37,897 bases of DNA. Origin: a virus (lineage: Duplodnaviria > Caudoviricetes). Of this stretch, positions 35,798-37,897 are shown piece by piece. The stretch's first letter is position 1; the number at the start of each line of letters is the position of its first letter. The stretch is from positions 1-37,897 of IMG/VR virus record IMGVR_UViG_3300035670_000628; one strand, written 5' to 3'. A program made the position numbers and the translations under genes. Under the pieces are notes generated by a model. It was not told the origin of the DNA. It did not search any database and saw only the letters and a program-made list of their open reading frames with translations.

Positions 35798-35815
35798 AGG
35801 GGGGCTTCTTTTTTT
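35778..35815 (+). terminator. intrinsic terminator
   Basis: AAAAAGAAGCCTCCC / GGGGGGCTTCTTTTT. Confidence 0.8.
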
Positions 35816-35855
35816 ATAAGAACCTAATATTTGTATCATTTTAAAGAGAAAGAAT

Positions 35856-36458
35856 ATGAATGCTGATAAATTACTAAAAATTGCAAAATTATTAGATGAG
35901 AAAAATCTTTATTCACTTGCTGATAAAGTTGACAGAATTGCTCAAAATGTTCAAAGAGATATCTATGATTTTAATAATAATCCTAATGCTGGAGAAACGT
36001 GGTACAACCGATTAGGAAGAATATTTTCTGGCAATGCTACAATTTATGATTATCCAGGATTAGCTAATACCTTGAGACAAAATGATAAACAGATGCAATT
36101 TTGGAAAAATCGAAGACAAAATAGATCTCTTAATAGAAATCAATATCAACAAGTTGGACAATACCCTCCGCAAGTTCAACAAAATCAGCAACCACAAATG
36201 ATTCAGCAGCAAAACGTTCCATTGGCTTCAACTACACCTCAACAATTTGTTCAAAATTTGTTTGCATTTGGAAAACAAAACAATATAAAAACTTTATCGC
36301 AAACTATTGATATGTATGCTAAGCAGGGTGGAACTTTCAACGGCCAGCCTATAAATCAAAATCCCCAAGTTATTAATCTTTATAATCAAATAAAAAACAA
36401 CCCAGCAACATTAAATCCTCAACAACTTGTTCAAATGTTGTCTGGAGCTAATAGATAA
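35856..36458 (+). CDS. Q/N-rich hypothetical protein with helical N-terminal leader
   Basis: MNADKLLKIAKLLDEKNLYSLADKVDRIAQ; Q/N-rich middle. Confidence 0.75.
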   Translation: MNADKLLKIAKLLDEKNLYSLADKVDRIAQNVQRDIYDFNNNPNAGETWYNRLGRIFSGNATIYDYPGLANTLRQNDKQMQFWKNRRQNRSLNRNQYQQVGQYPPQVQQNQQPQMIQQQNVPLASTTPQQFVQNLFAFGKQNNIKTLSQTIDMYAKQGGTFNGQPINQNPQVINLYNQIKNNPATLNPQQLVQMLSGANR

Positions 36459-36854
36459 ATGTGGTATAGATTTGCTCAAGATATGTCTGTACCTTATTAC
36501 AGATACCCTGAGCAATCAAGAAATACATACAAAAATCACATCCCCTTGCAAGAAGATTTTCAAGGTATGTCTCAACCTGATATTGACAGAAAATTTTCTC
36601 AAGATGCAAAAATATATGTGCAGCAAATGGTAAAAGATCCATTGGTTCAAAATAATACTCAAGCGAAAATTATGTTTGACACAATAATTAATGATCCCAG
36701 CTATAAGATAGAAAGATCATCTTTTGTTGAATTAATAAATGCGTACAGAAGAATTTACATACTAATATTTGACAATTATAAAAATACAAAAAAGTTATCT
36801 GAATTAAAACCGGATGCAGAACGAATTTTACTTAGAATTTTAAGCAAAATGTAG
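36459..36854 (+). CDS. hypothetical protein with MWY leader
   Basis: MWYRFAQ start; abuts the previous stop. Confidence 0.75.
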   Translation: MWYRFAQDMSVPYYRYPEQSRNTYKNHIPLQEDFQGMSQPDIDRKFSQDAKIYVQQMVKDPLVQNNTQAKIMFDTIINDPSYKIERSSFVELINAYRRIYILIFDNYKNTKKLSELKPDAERILLRILSKM

Positions 36855-36863
36855 GAAAAATTT

Positions 36864-37897
36864 ATGTGGTATAACAGAACAATTTTAGCAGCAATAGAAG
36901 ATGCAATTAACGCCTTACAATCAAAAGGTGTAAGTGAAGGGATTATTCAGTTTGTTCATTCATTACCTAATGACAAAAAAGGTAAAGCTATTGGTGCATT
37001 AAATCAAAATCCTTCTATGATGATTGATGATTTGAAAAGTTTATTCGAATCAGGTTATAAGCCATCTGGAACTGAAAAGCAGCTTGTTCAAGATTATGAT
37101 CCAAGATTTCAAAGTTGGGCATTGTATCAATATAAACTTCAAAGAGCTAACAAATTAAATGATGATCCTTACGATGACAGATGGAATTACAATAAACAAT
37201 TACGTGATATTAAAGACAATCTAGATGAAATTCACGACTTTTGGAGAGTTCACAGTTTAGATAATCCTAATTATAATATTGGGACAAAATCACTCGAAGA
37301 AGCATATGAAGATTCTAATGAATGGCACAGAGCTATGACACAAAGAGGTTCTGGAAAATTCTATTTGCCTTTTAAGAGAGATGAATCTGGGCAATTAATT
37401 GATGAAAAGATTGTTCATAGATTTGAAGATGGATCTATGATGGTAAGAGTAGAAGATCCAAACGACTTAGATGTTGAAGGCAGTTTTATGCATCACTGTG
37501 TTGGTTCATATGCAGACAGTGTTAAGTATGGGGATTGTACTATATATTCTTTAAGAAATAAATTCAACCAACCAGAAGCTACAATTGAAGTTGGCAGAGA
37601 TGGAAAAGTTAAGCAAATTAAGGGCCCAAATAATTCTGAAATTCACGATGAAGATAAAGTAGAAAAGATTGCAGAATTCTTTGAAGGCAGAGATGATATA
37701 AAGAAAAAAGCTGGAGATGGTTGGGTTCATCAAAGAGCTAGAGAATGGGATCCTAGTGAAGTAGATTGGTCTATTTATCCTGATGATTTAAGATATTCTA
37801 TTACTGAGGCTGCTTACGGTCCATATCTTGAAGACTATGGTGATGATGATGACAATGGAGACTTTGCTAGATTTGGAATTACTGCTGAAGAGTTTGA
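36864..37897 (+). CDS. PcfJ-like domain protein with MWY leader, 3'-truncated (not in ORF track)
   Basis: Manual translation MWYNRTILAA...SNEWH...DLDVEGSFMHHCVGSY...IYSLRN..NQPEATIEV...QIKGPNNS is open to the window end. Confidence 0.8.
   Translation, partial: MWYNRTILAAIEDAINALQSKGVSEGIIQFVHSLPNDKKGKAIGALNQNPSMMIDDLKSLFESGYKPSGTEKQLVQDYDPRFQSWALYQYKLQRANKLNDDPYDDRWNYNKQLRDIKDNLDEIHDFWRVHSLDNPNYNIGTKSLEEAYEDSNEWHRAMTQRGSGKFYLPFKRDESGQLIDEKIVHRFEDGSMMVRVEDPNDLDVEGSFMHHCVGSYADSVKYGDCTIYSLRNKFNQPEATIEVGRDGKVKQIKGPNNSEIHDEDKVEKIAEFFEGRDDIKKKAGDGWVHQRAREWDPSEVDWSIYPDDLRYSITEAAYGPYLEDYGDDDDNGDFARFGITAEEF

Noticed and set aside
1428-35825. Possible late-promoter motif AAAGG-N17-19-AGAA upstream of 1486, 33562 and 35856
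   Set aside because: Spacing and second box are inconsistent by eye in AT-rich DNA; needs genome-wide motif discovery

Overview
AT-rich, gene-dense fragment that is most likely from a large tailed (jumbo/huge) bacteriophage using the standard bacterial code. This is an inference: there are no host housekeeping genes, most ORFs are small orphans, and phage-type enzymes and tRNAs are present. Layout: (1) 1-9.6 kb holds putative virion/late genes, including two tail-tube-like paralogs, a RusA-like and a Cas4-like nuclease; (2) 9.6-23.5 kb holds two glycosyltransferases and a long minus-strand run of small accessory genes (several DUF2829/Tad2-like paralogs, two antitoxin-like N-termini, FeoA, a secreted FN3 protein, DEDDh exonuclease, Fic); (3) 23.6-30.1 kb holds a DNA methyltransferase, tiny membrane ORFs and five tRNAs, one a tRNA-Asn split inside the anticodon (35/36) by an ORF-less 209-nt group I intron, plus two free-standing endonucleases of different families that share a C-terminal HTH and each follow a tRNA; (4) 30.1-37.9 kb holds Nudix, GH108 lysozyme, ADP-ribosyltransferase-like and PcfJ-like proteins. 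The strongest candidate for an undescribed system is a set of recurrent N-terminal leader peptides on unrelated cargo domains: 'MWY..(K/R)xAQ' and a 'LD..G...A(D/N).(I/V)D...(K/R)xAQ' helical type. They suggest a virion-packaging and protease-cleavage tagging scheme. Many genes also appear leaderless, with a -10 hexamer 5-7 nt upstream of the ATG. Family assignments come from motif recognition by eye, not database searches.
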